DNA from: an uncultured Ilyobacter sp.
GTDB taxonomy: Bacteria > Fusobacteriota > Fusobacteriia > Fusobacteriales > Fusobacteriaceae
DNA: 64,000 bases
Assembly (NCBI GenBank): GCA_963668015.2
Contig: CAXXCR010000012.1
Span: forward strand, 162,892-226,891
Direction: 5' to 3'
This document shows positions 47,449-56,770 of this stretch, one piece after another. The notes under the pieces were generated by a model. That model was not told where the DNA came from, ran no database searches, and saw only the letters and a program-made list of their open reading frames with translations. Within the stretch, counting starts at the first letter, position 1, and every line of letters starts with the position of its first letter. A program made the translations under genes and the position numbers.

Positions 47449-47987
47449 ATGCTAATCAAAGTGTTACTATTTATTTTATTGGGCGGGTTTATTTTTGCAG
47501 GCAAAGCTGAGGTAAGCTGGCTTAATGAGAATGTTTTTAAAAGTCATGAGGAAAACAGCAAAGAAATAAAAGCTGAACTGAAAAAAAACTTAGTCCTATT
47601 CAATATAAAGTAAGTCAGGAAAACGGTACAGAAGCACCCTTTAAAAATGAGTACTGGGACAACAAGGAAACAGGTATATATGTAGATATAGTTTCCGGGG
47701 AGGCGCTCTTCAGTTCTAAGGATAAGTACAAGTCTGGTACAGGATGGCCTAGTTTTACGAAACCTTTGGAACCCGAGAACCTAGTTTACGTGGAAGACTG
47801 GTCGTTTTTCTCTAAAAGGATTGAGGTAAGGAGTAAAAAAGGGAAATCTCATTTGGGTCATGTTTTTCCAGATGGTCCGAGACCTAGCGGACTAAGATAC
47901 TGTATGAACTCTGCTGCTATGAAGTTTATACCTGTTGCCGATCTAGAGAGTGAAGGTTATGGAGAGTATATGGGATTGTTTGAATAG
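47449..47987 (+). pseudogene. msrB: Secreted peptide-methionine (R)-S-oxide reductase MsrB, disrupted by a frameshift in an A8 tract
   Basis: GGAGGTGGAG RBS and ATG 47449 encode a signal peptide (MLIKVLLFILLGGFIFAGKA). That frame stops at 47611-47613. The MsrB domain ([18 protein letters not shown]...GWPSF...[11 protein letters not shown]) is open in another frame from 47577 to 47987. The two frames overlap at A8 (47581-47588). Confidence 0.8.
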
Positions 47988-47988
47988 T

Positions 47989-48013
47989 GGGGCTGCTTGT
48001 CAGCCCTATTTTT
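47989..48013 (+). terminator. Intrinsic terminator after msrB
   Basis: GGGCTG-CTTGT-CAGCCC followed by TATTTTT. Confidence 0.6.
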
Positions 48014-48110
48014 ATGTGTTAAATATTTAAGTACATCGAGTTTGAGATATTTAAAGATAATGGTAGATATTAGTTGATTGATATAAGCTGCAGATTAAAA
48101 ATTATGTAAT

Positions 48111-48405
48111 TAATTACTGAATTTATCTAAAAACTTTTTTGGACACAGAGTTTCACAGAGATTTAAAACAAGAGCTTCGCAGAGAGACCCTTTAAATCAA
48201 AATCATTTTTTGTCACAAATTACATTAATCTCACAATTTATTAAAAATATAGAGAATTAAAGGTTTTTAGAATTTCTCTGTGAAACTCACTCTTTTCCTT
48301 TGTGCCACTCTGTGGCCAAGGTTTTGATTTTCTATTAGTGTTTATTTTTGCGATTCGTGACCCAAAAGGCTTTTATGTACTTGCGAGAAATTCAATGTTT
48401 TAATG
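48111..48405 (+). repeat. Structured intergenic repeat, copy B (~295 bp)
   Basis: Direct repeat of 45621-45886 (see copy A). Contains a perfect 13-bp internal inverted repeat, GAGTTTCACAGAG (48148-48160) / CTCTGTGAAACTC (48276-48288). Confidence 0.7.
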
Positions 48406-48526
48406 TGAAGACATTGAGCAGTTTAAATGAATTATTCAAATATATATGATAATTTTGACAAGGCTGTATTGAAAAAATATTTTAAATGGTTTAAAATATT
48501 CTTAGAGTATCTATGGGAGGGATAAA

Positions 48527-49123
48527 ATGGCAACTAAATCACTTGAAAAAATGATAGATGAATTCAACAAATTTCCTGGTATAGGTAGGAAAACAGCTGC
48601 AAGACTGGCATTTCATGTTATGGACATGGAAGAGTTTGAAGTGAAAAACTTCATACAGGCATTAAAAGATGTAAAAGAAAAAATAAAGAGATGCAGTATA
48701 TGCGGGAACCTAAGTGAAAGTGAAACGTGTGAAATATGTGGTGATGAGTTCAGAGACAAGAGCATTATATGTATCGTAGAAGACAGCAAGGACATTATAT
48801 CACTGGAGAAAGCTAGATCCTATAAGGGAGTCTATCATGTACTTCAAGGTAAAATTGATCCCTTGAATGGCATAGGGCCTGATAAGCTGAACATAAAGGC
48901 ACTCTTACACAGGGTAGCAAACGAAGATATTAGTGAGGTTATCCTTGCATTAAATCCCGATCTGGAGGGTGAAACAACCTCAATGTACCTTGTGAAATTA
49001 TTAAAGCCGTTTGGGTTGAAAATTAGCAAAATAGCAAGTGGGATACCCATTGGCGGGAATATAGAATTTGCAGACATAGCAACTATAGCAAAATCTTTAG
49101 ATGCTAGGCAGGAAATAAAATAA
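48527..49123 (+). CDS. recR: Recombination protein RecR
   Basis: 198 aa. HhH (FPGIGRKTAARLAF), C4 zinc finger (CSICGNLSESETCEIC), Toprim (ICIVEDSKD). Confidence 0.95.
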   Translation: MATKSLEKMIDEFNKFPGIGRKTAARLAFHVMDMEEFEVKNFIQALKDVKEKIKRCSICGNLSESETCEICGDEFRDKSIICIVEDSKDIISLEKARSYKGVYHVLQGKIDPLNGIGPDKLNIKALLHRVANEDISEVILALNPDLEGETTSMYLVKLLKPFGLKISKIASGIPIGGNIEFADIATIAKSLDARQEIK

Positions 49124-49258
49124 ATTTGAACTTAAAAAGAGGAAAAAAGAGGGTAAAATTATAAAATTATAAGAAGGGAGTTTAGAAGGAGACGTTAGTT
49201 CTGTAGACTCCCTTCTTAATATATAAGCAGATAAGCATACTGTAGATGGGAGGTATTA

Positions 49259-49603
49259 ATGAGAAAAATCATTTTAATAGCACTGTTGGGGGCACTTACA
49301 GTGTTATTGCTTTATCTATATACGGATTCCAGCAGCACATTTGTTGTCAACTATAATGGAGAAGAGACCGTTTATACGGCAGAAGGGATAAAATCCATAG
49401 GTTCGGCCGTTATGATGTCTGGAATACTTATGGGGGCATTTTTAATGACGCTTTTGCTTTTTTCAGGGGTGTTTTTATCCGTATTTTTTGTGTTCTTTTT
49501 CATAGCATTTTTCTTTTTGGGCAGGGCAATTTTACTTTTGTTGCCTCTGTTGCTTATATTTGCGATACTTATTCTGATATTCAAAAAAAGAGATAAATTC
49601 TAA
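49259..49603 (+). CDS. Hypothetical membrane protein
   Basis: 114 aa. GGGAGG RBS. N-terminal TM helix plus two or three F/L-rich TM helices. No family recognised. Confidence 0.45.
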   Translation: MRKIILIALLGALTVLLLYLYTDSSSTFVVNYNGEETVYTAEGIKSIGSAVMMSGILMGAFLMTLLLFSGVFLSVFFVFFFIAFFFLGRAILLLLPLLLIFAILILIFKKRDKF

Positions 49604-49622
49604 ATTAAGGGGATGATCTATC

Positions 49623-49934
49623 ATGGGAAGAGTTAGGAAAGGCCATATAACTTGGCATGATATAGAACTTTTTTTAGAGGAAAAATTAGAAAAAAAAGAC
49701 CTGATTCAGTTGAAAGATAAGTATAAAAAATATCTGAAGAGTGAATGGGATGAACTGGAAAGAATAAAGTTGGACGAGGATGACTTTGTGTGTGAATGTG
49801 AAATGGGTGATTTTCTCAAGAAAGCAACTGAGGAGGAAAAACTTTTAAATGCACTCAAGTTAATTTTTCCGGAGGACAGTGAAATAGGAGATTTGATAAA
49901 GGAACTTGAGCATGAAAAGGATTGGAAAGAATAG
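49623..49934 (+). CDS. Hypothetical small acidic protein
   Basis: 103 aa. AAGGGGA RBS. K/E-rich helical composition. No family recognised. Confidence 0.4.
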   Translation: MGRVRKGHITWHDIELFLEEKLEKKDLIQLKDKYKKYLKSEWDELERIKLDEDDFVCECEMGDFLKKATEEEKLLNALKLIFPEDSEIGDLIKELEHEKDWKE

Positions 49935-49951
49935 AGGAGGAGCTATAGTTT

Positions 49952-50665
49952 ATGAAGAAAGTGTACGAAATTCCCGTGGATGCAGAAGCCAATTTTTTAA
50001 AAAGATTAAACAGGTATTTGGCAGAGGTGGAGTTTGACAGCGGAGAAAAAGAGATGGTTCATGTACACGATCCCGGGAGATTAAAGGAACTTTTGTATGA
50101 AGGGAACAGAGTAAAACTGAGAAGGGCGAAAAATATAAACAGAAAAACAAAATGGGATGTAATTAGCGCAGATGCAGAATCTGAAGATATATTAGTTAAT
50201 TCGATGTACCACAGGTATATTTCACAGGAAATCTTGAACAATTCAGATGTTAATCCGCTAGGGATTTTGGACCAGGTAAAGGCTGAGGTTAAATACGGAA
50301 ACAGCAGGATAGATTATCTGGTGGAAAAAAACGGGGAAAAGATTTGGATAGAAGTCAAGGGGGTGTCGTTGTCAGAAAATGGATTGGCTATGTTTCCAGA
50401 CGCTCCAACCACACGGGGTCAAAGGCACCTGAAAGAGCTCATGGAGATAAAGGAAAAAGGTGACAGGGCGGCAGTATATTTTCTTATTCTGAGGGATTCT
50501 AAAAGTTTCAGGCCAAGATGGGAAACCGACCCTAAGTTTTCCCAACTGTTTTATGAGGCTATGTCCCAGGGTGTGGAGGTATATCCTATTTTATTGGAGT
50601 ACAAACAGGGGATAGTATATTATAAGGGTTTGATTGGAATAGAAGAACAGACTAGTTTTACTTAG
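49952..50665 (+). CDS. sfsA: Sugar fermentation stimulation protein A homolog (SfsA nuclease fold)
   Basis: 237 aa. FLKRLNRYLAEV, HVHDPGRL, IEVKGVSL and FPDAPTTRGQRHL motifs. Confidence 0.9.
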   Translation: MKKVYEIPVDAEANFLKRLNRYLAEVEFDSGEKEMVHVHDPGRLKELLYEGNRVKLRRAKNINRKTKWDVISADAESEDILVNSMYHRYISQEILNNSDVNPLGILDQVKAEVKYGNSRIDYLVEKNGEKIWIEVKGVSLSENGLAMFPDAPTTRGQRHLKELMEIKEKGDRAAVYFLILRDSKSFRPRWETDPKFSQLFYEAMSQGVEVYPILLEYKQGIVYYKGLIGIEEQTSFT

Positions 50666-50678
50666 GAATGATGCGGAT

Positions 50679-51719
50679 ATGAATAAGCAGATAAAAAAAT
50701 TGATAAGAGCACTAAAGGTCCTCAGTGTAATTTTTCTTATAGGTGTTTTTGGGTATGTGTACCTTGAGGATTATACTCTTTTAGATTCATTTTATATGAC
50801 CTCGATTACTCTTTCCACGGTAGGGTTTGGAGTTATAAAAGAGCTCAGTGATTTTGGGAAACTATTTACAATATTGCTTATATTTTCCGGGATGACTGTA
50901 GTGGTATACAGCTTTGGGGTGTTAGCCAGCTTTCTGATAGAGGGAGAGTTCAAGAAATATTTGAAAGGGGTAAAAATGAAGAAAGAGATATCCAAGCTAA
51001 ACGAACACTTTATAATTTGCGGATGTGGGAAAACCGGTGCTAAAATAATGGAAAAGTTCATGGAGAGAAAACTAGAATTTGTGGTAATAGAGAGGGAGCT
51101 TGAAGTTATAAACGAGCTGAAAGAAAGATACGGCGACACACTGCTTGTGGTGCACGGTGACTCAACAAAGGATGAAGTACTCACGCAGGCAGGAATCGAA
51201 AAAGCAAAAACACTGATTTCGGTTTTGGCCACAGATGCCGACAACCTATTTGTTACATTGAGTGCCAAAGACTTGAACAGCGGATTAAAGATAATAACCA
51301 AGGCGATGGAGAGCAACAACTCATACAAATTGAGGCGTGCAGGAGCTGACTTTACAATATCAACCCTAGATATTGCAGCGGAAAGGATATTTTCTACTGC
51401 TACGGAGCCCAATCTTGTTAGTTTTGTGGACATAGTAAGCAAAAAATCCCAGTTGGATGGTCTGAGGCTGGAGTTCATAATGATAGGCGATAGGAGTGAA
51501 CTGCACAATACGACATTAAGAGAAGCGAAAATACCTCAAAAGACCAACCTTGTTGTAATAGGGGTGGAAAAAGACGGGGATTTCAAGCTTAATCCCATGT
51601 CGGGTACCTTACTGACTTCAGGCAGCAAACTGCTGGTAATGGGGGAAGAGGGGCAAATTGAAAAATTAAAAAAACTGGCGGAAAAGAGCCTTCTGGAAAG
51701 GCAGGTACACATAGACTGA
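50679..51719 (+). CDS. Two-TM potassium channel with RCK (TrkA-N/TrkA-C) domains, MthK-like
   Basis: 346 aa. Selectivity-filter-like TLSTVGFG. Rossmann GxGxxG (ICGCGKTG). C-terminal TrkA-C-like region. Confidence 0.85.
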   Translation: MNKQIKKLIRALKVLSVIFLIGVFGYVYLEDYTLLDSFYMTSITLSTVGFGVIKELSDFGKLFTILLIFSGMTVVVYSFGVLASFLIEGEFKKYLKGVKMKKEISKLNEHFIICGCGKTGAKIMEKFMERKLEFVVIERELEVINELKERYGDTLLVVHGDSTKDEVLTQAGIEKAKTLISVLATDADNLFVTLSAKDLNSGLKIITKAMESNNSYKLRRAGADFTISTLDIAAERIFSTATEPNLVSFVDIVSKKSQLDGLRLEFIMIGDRSELHNTTLREAKIPQKTNLVVIGVEKDGDFKLNPMSGTLLTSGSKLLVMGEEGQIEKLKKLAEKSLLERQVHID

Positions 51720-51735
51720 TTTTTTGGAGGTTGAG

Positions 51736-51999
51736 ATGGGAGAGAAATATAAATTTGTGCAGAACAGGGAGTGTGAGTACTTTCCCTGCCATGAGATAGA
51801 AGATAAAAAGCGGTTTAACTGTCTATTTTGTTTTTGCCCGCTTTATATGTTGAGGGAAGAGTGTGGAGGCAATTATTTTTACTTAGAAAACGGGACAAAA
51901 GACTGTTCAAACTGTTTGTTACCGCATATAAAGGAGATAGGTTATAATCATATAATGACAAAAATGAGTCTTATTATTGAAAAAAGTAAAAAGGAATAA
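51736..51999 (+). CDS. Cysteine-rich small domain protein (metal-binding, function unknown)
   Basis: About 87 aa from ATG 51736, after a GGAGG RBS. Cys pattern CEYFPCH...CLFCFCP...C...CSNC. Confidence 0.55.
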   Translation: MGEKYKFVQNRECEYFPCHEIEDKKRFNCLFCFCPLYMLREECGGNYFYLENGTKDCSNCLLPHIKEIGYNHIMTKMSLIIEKSKKE

Positions 52000-52133
52000 A
52001 ATGACAGAAGACGATTAAATGATGTTGTATCTATATTAAATTCACAGATTGTATTTAAATACATTTTTTTACTTATACAGGTAAAGAATTATAAAAAACT
52101 TTTTTTAAATATTTGAAATGGTGGTGAAGCGAG

Positions 52134-54047
52134 ATGAAGTTAAAAAGGGAGCTCGGGTTTTGGGACGTTTTCAGCATATCTACCGGAGCAATGATAAGTT
52201 CTGGTATTTTTATTTTACCTGGTATAGCTTTTAGTAAGGGTGGACCCAGTATAATTATATCTTATTTTTTAGGTGGGATAATAGCTTTAATGGGCATAGT
52301 ATCAGTTATTGAGTTAACTACGGCCATGCCTAAAGCAGGCGGGGACTATTTTTTTGTTGAAAGGACGTTGGGGCCGCTGGTCGGCACCATATCTGGAGTT
52401 TTAAGCTGGTTTGCCATATCTCTTAAATCGGCCTTTGCCATATATGGTATGTCTGGTGTTATTGTTGGTTTGGTTTATGGCAGCTTTGACCCAAATAAAC
52501 TAGTTGTTATAGCTGCACTGATTACAGTTTTTTTCGTTGTTTTGAATATAGTTGGAGTAGAGGTGGCGAGCAAGTTTGAGGTAGTAATTGTAGCTGCCCT
52601 ACTAGGACTGATGGTTTTATATATAGCTCTGGGTATATTTAAAGTGGATCTAGGTTATTTTAAGCCTTTTTTTCAAAAGTTTGAAATAATCAACGGAACT
52701 GCCAAGAGTTTGGGGACTAAGGTTAGTTTCCAGTTTACTGATTTAAGGGTAGTTATATCCACGACAGCTCTTGTATTCGTATCTTTTGGTGGACTTTTAA
52801 AAGCTGCCAGCGTATCAGAAGAGGTAAAAGACACTCATGTAAATATAGTTTACGGGCTTATAAGCTCTATAATCTGTATCAGTGTACTTTATGTACTTGT
52901 ACTTTTTGTGACAATAGGTAACTTGGAGGGTGAGCGTTTAGCAAGCTCTATAACCCCGATAGCTGACGGCGCAAGAAATATTGCCGGCCTGCCTGGTTAC
53001 ATAGCTATAACAGCAGCAGCTATGCTTGCATTCATTTCCACAGCAAATGCAGGGATAATGGCAGCTTCTAGGTATCCGCTGGCACTTAGCAGGGATGGAC
53101 TGTTTCCTGAGTTTATAAGCAGGGTGAGTAAAAGATTTAAAACTCCAGTGATCTCCATTGTGCTTACAGGTTGCTTTATAAGTTTTTCATTGTTTTTACC
53201 TTTAGAAACCCTGGCAAAGACAGCTTCTGCGGTAATTCTAATGACCTACATACTGACTAATATGTCGGTTATAATTCTGCGTGAGAGCAACATGGTAAAC
53301 TACCAACCTACGTTCAAGGCGCCTTTTTATCCTTGGGTACAAATTTTCATTGTGGTAGTTTTTACATATTTTATAACCAAACTAGGATACAGCGCTGTAG
53401 AAACAAGCCTAGGCCTGATTGTGTTAAGTATATTTATATATTTTAAATATGGAAAGAAAAATGCGATCCAGGAGTATGCGTTACTGCATCTACTTATGAG
53501 GATAACCGAAAACTTAAAACTAGAGCATGACTTAGAGTCTGAATTCAGGGATATAATCCATGACAGGGACAGTGTGGAACTGGATGAATTCGACAAGCTT
53601 GTGAAAAATGCGGTCATCTTAGATTTGAAAGGGCATATTACCTTAGATGAACTTTTTGAAATAGAAGCCGAGCGTCTAGAAAAGATATTGGATGTGCCTA
53701 AAGAGGAGCTTATACACCTGTTTAATGAAAGGGAGAGGGAGAGTTCTACGGCGATAACAGAGTTCACGGCAATACCTCATATAGTGTTGGACAGGGAAGA
53801 CTTGTTTAATCTTGTTGTTATAAGATGTAAGGAAGGTATAAGGTTTAATGAGAAGAAACAGGCTGTAAAAGCAGTATTTTTATTTATAAGCAGCAGCGGT
53901 GTAATTAAGACTCACTTAAAAACCCTAGCCTCGATAGCTTCACTTACTACGGAAGAGGATTTTGAGTCCAAATGGATGTCTGCTAAAAACGAGAATTATT
54001 TAAGGGATATGATACTTCTCAGCAAGAGAAAAAGGTTTGTAAAATAA
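52134..54047 (+). CDS. APC-superfamily amino-acid permease fused to a C-terminal PTS EIIA-2 (PtsN/fructose-type)-like domain
   Basis: 637 aa. About 12-13 TM segments (through about residue 440). The soluble tail carries ERERESSTAITEFTAIPH, matching the EIIA-2 phosphorylation-site context (His codon 53778-53780). Confidence 0.8.
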   Translation: MKLKRELGFWDVFSISTGAMISSGIFILPGIAFSKGGPSIIISYFLGGIIALMGIVSVIELTTAMPKAGGDYFFVERTLGPLVGTISGVLSWFAISLKSAFAIYGMSGVIVGLVYGSFDPNKLVVIAALITVFFVVLNIVGVEVASKFEVVIVAALLGLMVLYIALGIFKVDLGYFKPFFQKFEIINGTAKSLGTKVSFQFTDLRVVISTTALVFVSFGGLLKAASVSEEVKDTHVNIVYGLISSIICISVLYVLVLFVTIGNLEGERLASSITPIADGARNIAGLPGYIAITAAAMLAFISTANAGIMAASRYPLALSRDGLFPEFISRVSKRFKTPVISIVLTGCFISFSLFLPLETLAKTASAVILMTYILTNMSVIILRESNMVNYQPTFKAPFYPWVQIFIVVVFTYFITKLGYSAVETSLGLIVLSIFIYFKYGKKNAIQEYALLHLLMRITENLKLEHDLESEFRDIIHDRDSVELDEFDKLVKNAVILDLKGHITLDELFEIEAERLEKILDVPKEELIHLFNERERESSTAITEFTAIPHIVLDREDLFNLVVIRCKEGIRFNEKKQAVKAVFLFISSSGVIKTHLKTLASIASLTTEEDFESKWMSAKNENYLRDMILLSKRKRFVK

Positions 54048-54152
54048 AAGCTTTGAGCAAGTTAGATTAAATTTATTTTATATATTATTTAATTGTAAAT
54101 CATATAAAAATATGTTAAAATCGAGTTATTATGTCTGAAAGGAGGAGGGATT

Positions 54153-55415
54153 ATGAGGATATACAACATATTTCCAAGTGTACTTGAAAATATAACGGAT
54201 TGGAAAAGCATACTTAATAAAATCAAGCATATGAACTTTGATCATATATATATAAATCCCTTTTTCCAGACGGGGTACTCGAAGAATCTTTATGTTCCTA
54301 AAAATTTTTATGAAGTATCCGATGAATTTTGTGACTATAATTCCCCTCTGGGCACTAAAGAACAGCTTAGGGAGTTTATAGATGAAGCACACAGTTTAGG
54401 TATTCGTGTGATTTTTGAGATGATATGTACACATACAGCCATAGATTCAGACTTGGTCCTAGAGCATCCTGAATGGTATCAGTCTGAAAACGGACAGTTT
54501 AAAAACTATACAATTAGCAATTCAAACAACTGGTCAGAGTGCATAGATGTATTGCATATAGACAACGGGACAGAGGATTTAAGCTTAAGAGATCAGATCT
54601 GGTCATACTGGGAAAACCTGCTTTTGTACTATATGGATTTTAATTTTGATGGCGTTAAGCTCCACTGGTCATTCGGACTGCCTGAAGATCTTGTTAAAAG
54701 GTTGATAAAAAAAGGAAAAGAAAAAAATGAAAACTTTGTATTTATAGGTGACAACCTCGGTGCAAACCTAGATGAGATATTAAATCTTGGGAGACTTGGT
54801 TTTGATTATCTGTTTACCAGTTTTAAATGGTGGAACTTTAAAGATGTTTGGTTTTTAGAGCAGCACTACAAATTGAAAAACAATGTGTCACTAATATCTT
54901 TTCCGGAAAATTATGATACAGAAAGAATAGCGAAAAAATATAATAAAAACCCGAATGCATCAATGGTTATGTACTCGCTTGCAGCATACATGAACAAAGG
55001 AGTTCTTATACCGATAGGTTATGAAAGCGGAAGCTCTGCAAGATTGGATGACACCAGAGTCTTTGATTTTGAACTGAAAGAAGACAGTATGCATCTGGAA
55101 GGATATATAAGAGAAGTGAATAGAATAAAAGGGTCTTATGAGATATTCAATGAAGAAACTGAACTTTTTTTCTTGAATAATCCCAATCCAAATGTACTTT
55201 TTCTAAAGAAAAGTACAGAAGATGAAAGCGTATTAATAATTGCTAATTTAAATTTTGACGGTGAAGAAAAAATTTCACTGGAAAATTTGGATAAACTTTT
55301 GGAGAGTGATTTAATAAAAGACATATCTCCTTTCGCATTGGAAAGAACCATTCCTAAAGCTTATGAAGAAGTTCTCAAGCCTGGGGATGTAAAAATATTT
55401 TATACAAAGAATTAG
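54153..55415 (+). CDS. GH13-fold, GlgE-like alpha-amylase-family protein with non-canonical catalytic positions
   Basis: 420 aa, colinear by eye with the GlgE catalytic core ([33 protein letters not shown]). It lacks the GlgE N-terminal domains. Confidence 0.65.
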   Translation: MRIYNIFPSVLENITDWKSILNKIKHMNFDHIYINPFFQTGYSKNLYVPKNFYEVSDEFCDYNSPLGTKEQLREFIDEAHSLGIRVIFEMICTHTAIDSDLVLEHPEWYQSENGQFKNYTISNSNNWSECIDVLHIDNGTEDLSLRDQIWSYWENLLLYYMDFNFDGVKLHWSFGLPEDLVKRLIKKGKEKNENFVFIGDNLGANLDEILNLGRLGFDYLFTSFKWWNFKDVWFLEQHYKLKNNVSLISFPENYDTERIAKKYNKNPNASMVMYSLAAYMNKGVLIPIGYESGSSARLDDTRVFDFELKEDSMHLEGYIREVNRIKGSYEIFNEETELFFLNNPNPNVLFLKKSTEDESVLIIANLNFDGEEKISLENLDKLLESDLIKDISPFALERTIPKAYEEVLKPGDVKIFYTKN

Positions 55416-55431
55416 AAGATGGGGTGATGAA

Positions 55432-56676
55432 ATGAATCAGGAACACTTAAAGCAAGTCGATTTAGAAGTTTATGAAGCTATTAAAAAAGAGGAAGACAGA
55501 CAGGAATACGGAATAGAGTTAATTGCTTCTGAAAACTTCGTTACAAAAGCCGTTATGGAAGCTGTTGGCGGAGTTATGACAAACAAATATGCAGAAGGAT
55601 ACCCGCATAAAAGATATTATGGTGGATGTCAAAATGTGGACATAGTAGAAGAACTGGCTATTGAAAGAGCAAAAGAACTGTTTGACGTTAAATATGTAAA
55701 CGTTCAAGCGCACTCTGGTTCACAGGCAAACATGGGAGCGTACCAAGCGGTGATTGAACCTGGAGACACAATAATCGGAATGAAACTAGATCATGGTGGA
55801 CACCTGACTCATGGATTTGGTATAAACTTCTCCGGAAAACTTTACAACGCGGTTTTCTACGGTGTGGATAAAGAAACAGAAACAATAGACTATGAAGAAC
55901 TTAGAAGCTTAGCACTTGAGCATAAACCTAAGCTTATTGTAGCAGGTGCAAGTGCATATCCTAGAATAATTGATTTCAAAAAATTCAGAGATATAGCTGA
56001 CGAAGTAGGAGCGTATTTAATGGTTGATATGGCTCACATAGCAGGACTTGTAGCTGCAGGGGAGCACCCAAGCCCAGTTCCATATGCACATATAGTTACA
56101 ACAACAACTCATAAAACATTGAGAGGTCCTCGTGGCGGGATGATAATGACTAATGATGAAGAGATAGCAAAAAAACTTGATAAGAGCATATTCCCAGGGA
56201 TTCAAGGAGGACCTTTAATGCACGTTATTGCTGCAAAGGCGGTTGCGTTTAAAGAGGCTCTTACACCTGAATATAAAGAATATCAAAAACAAATAGTAAA
56301 AAATGCAAAGGTTCTTGCTGAAGAGCTTGTAAACAAAGGGTTTAGAATAGTAAGTGGTGGGACAGACAACCACCTTATGCTTGTTGACCTTAGCGGAAAA
56401 GGGATAACAGGGAAAAAAGCTGAGGAAGCTCTTGTAAAAGCTGAAATAACTGTTAATAAAAATACTATTCCTTTTGACCAGCAAAGTCCATTTGTAACAA
56501 GTGGAGTAAGAATAGGAACTCCTGCAGTGACTCAACGTGGAATGAAAGAAGCTGAAATGAAAGAGATAGCTTCTCTTATTGAAAGAGTAATCGACAATAT
56601 AGAGGATGAAACTGAATTGAAGAAAGTTAAAGAAGATGTTCGTAAGCTTTCTGAGAAATTCCCGTTATATAGATAA
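55432..56676 (+). CDS. glyA: Serine hydroxymethyltransferase
   Basis: 414 aa. [35 protein letters not shown] (PLP lysine). Confidence 0.97.
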   Translation: MNQEHLKQVDLEVYEAIKKEEDRQEYGIELIASENFVTKAVMEAVGGVMTNKYAEGYPHKRYYGGCQNVDIVEELAIERAKELFDVKYVNVQAHSGSQANMGAYQAVIEPGDTIIGMKLDHGGHLTHGFGINFSGKLYNAVFYGVDKETETIDYEELRSLALEHKPKLIVAGASAYPRIIDFKKFRDIADEVGAYLMVDMAHIAGLVAAGEHPSPVPYAHIVTTTTHKTLRGPRGGMIMTNDEEIAKKLDKSIFPGIQGGPLMHVIAAKAVAFKEALTPEYKEYQKQIVKNAKVLAEELVNKGFRIVSGGTDNHLMLVDLSGKGITGKKAEEALVKAEITVNKNTIPFDQQSPFVTSGVRIGTPAVTQRGMKEAEMKEIASLIERVIDNIEDETELKKVKEDVRKLSEKFPLYR

Positions 56677-56680
56677 TATT

Positions 56681-56705
56681 AGGCACCCTCAGGGTGCCTT
56701 TTTTA
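56681..56705 (+). terminator. Intrinsic terminator after glyA
   Basis: AGGCACCCT-C-AGGGTGCCT followed by T6. Confidence 0.8.
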
Positions 56706-56770
56706 TTTTAACTTTCTATTTTTATTCTTATAATTATGGTATAATTTAAGAAAACGTCCAGGGGGAAATT

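Noticed and set aside
49160-49208. 12-bp perfect hairpin (TAAGAAGGGAGT / ACTCCCTTCTTA) with a 25-nt loop, between recR and the next gene
   Set aside because: It is real in the sequence but has no T-tract. It overlaps the likely RBS/promoter region of the downstream gene, and I cannot assign a function, so it is not reported as a feature.
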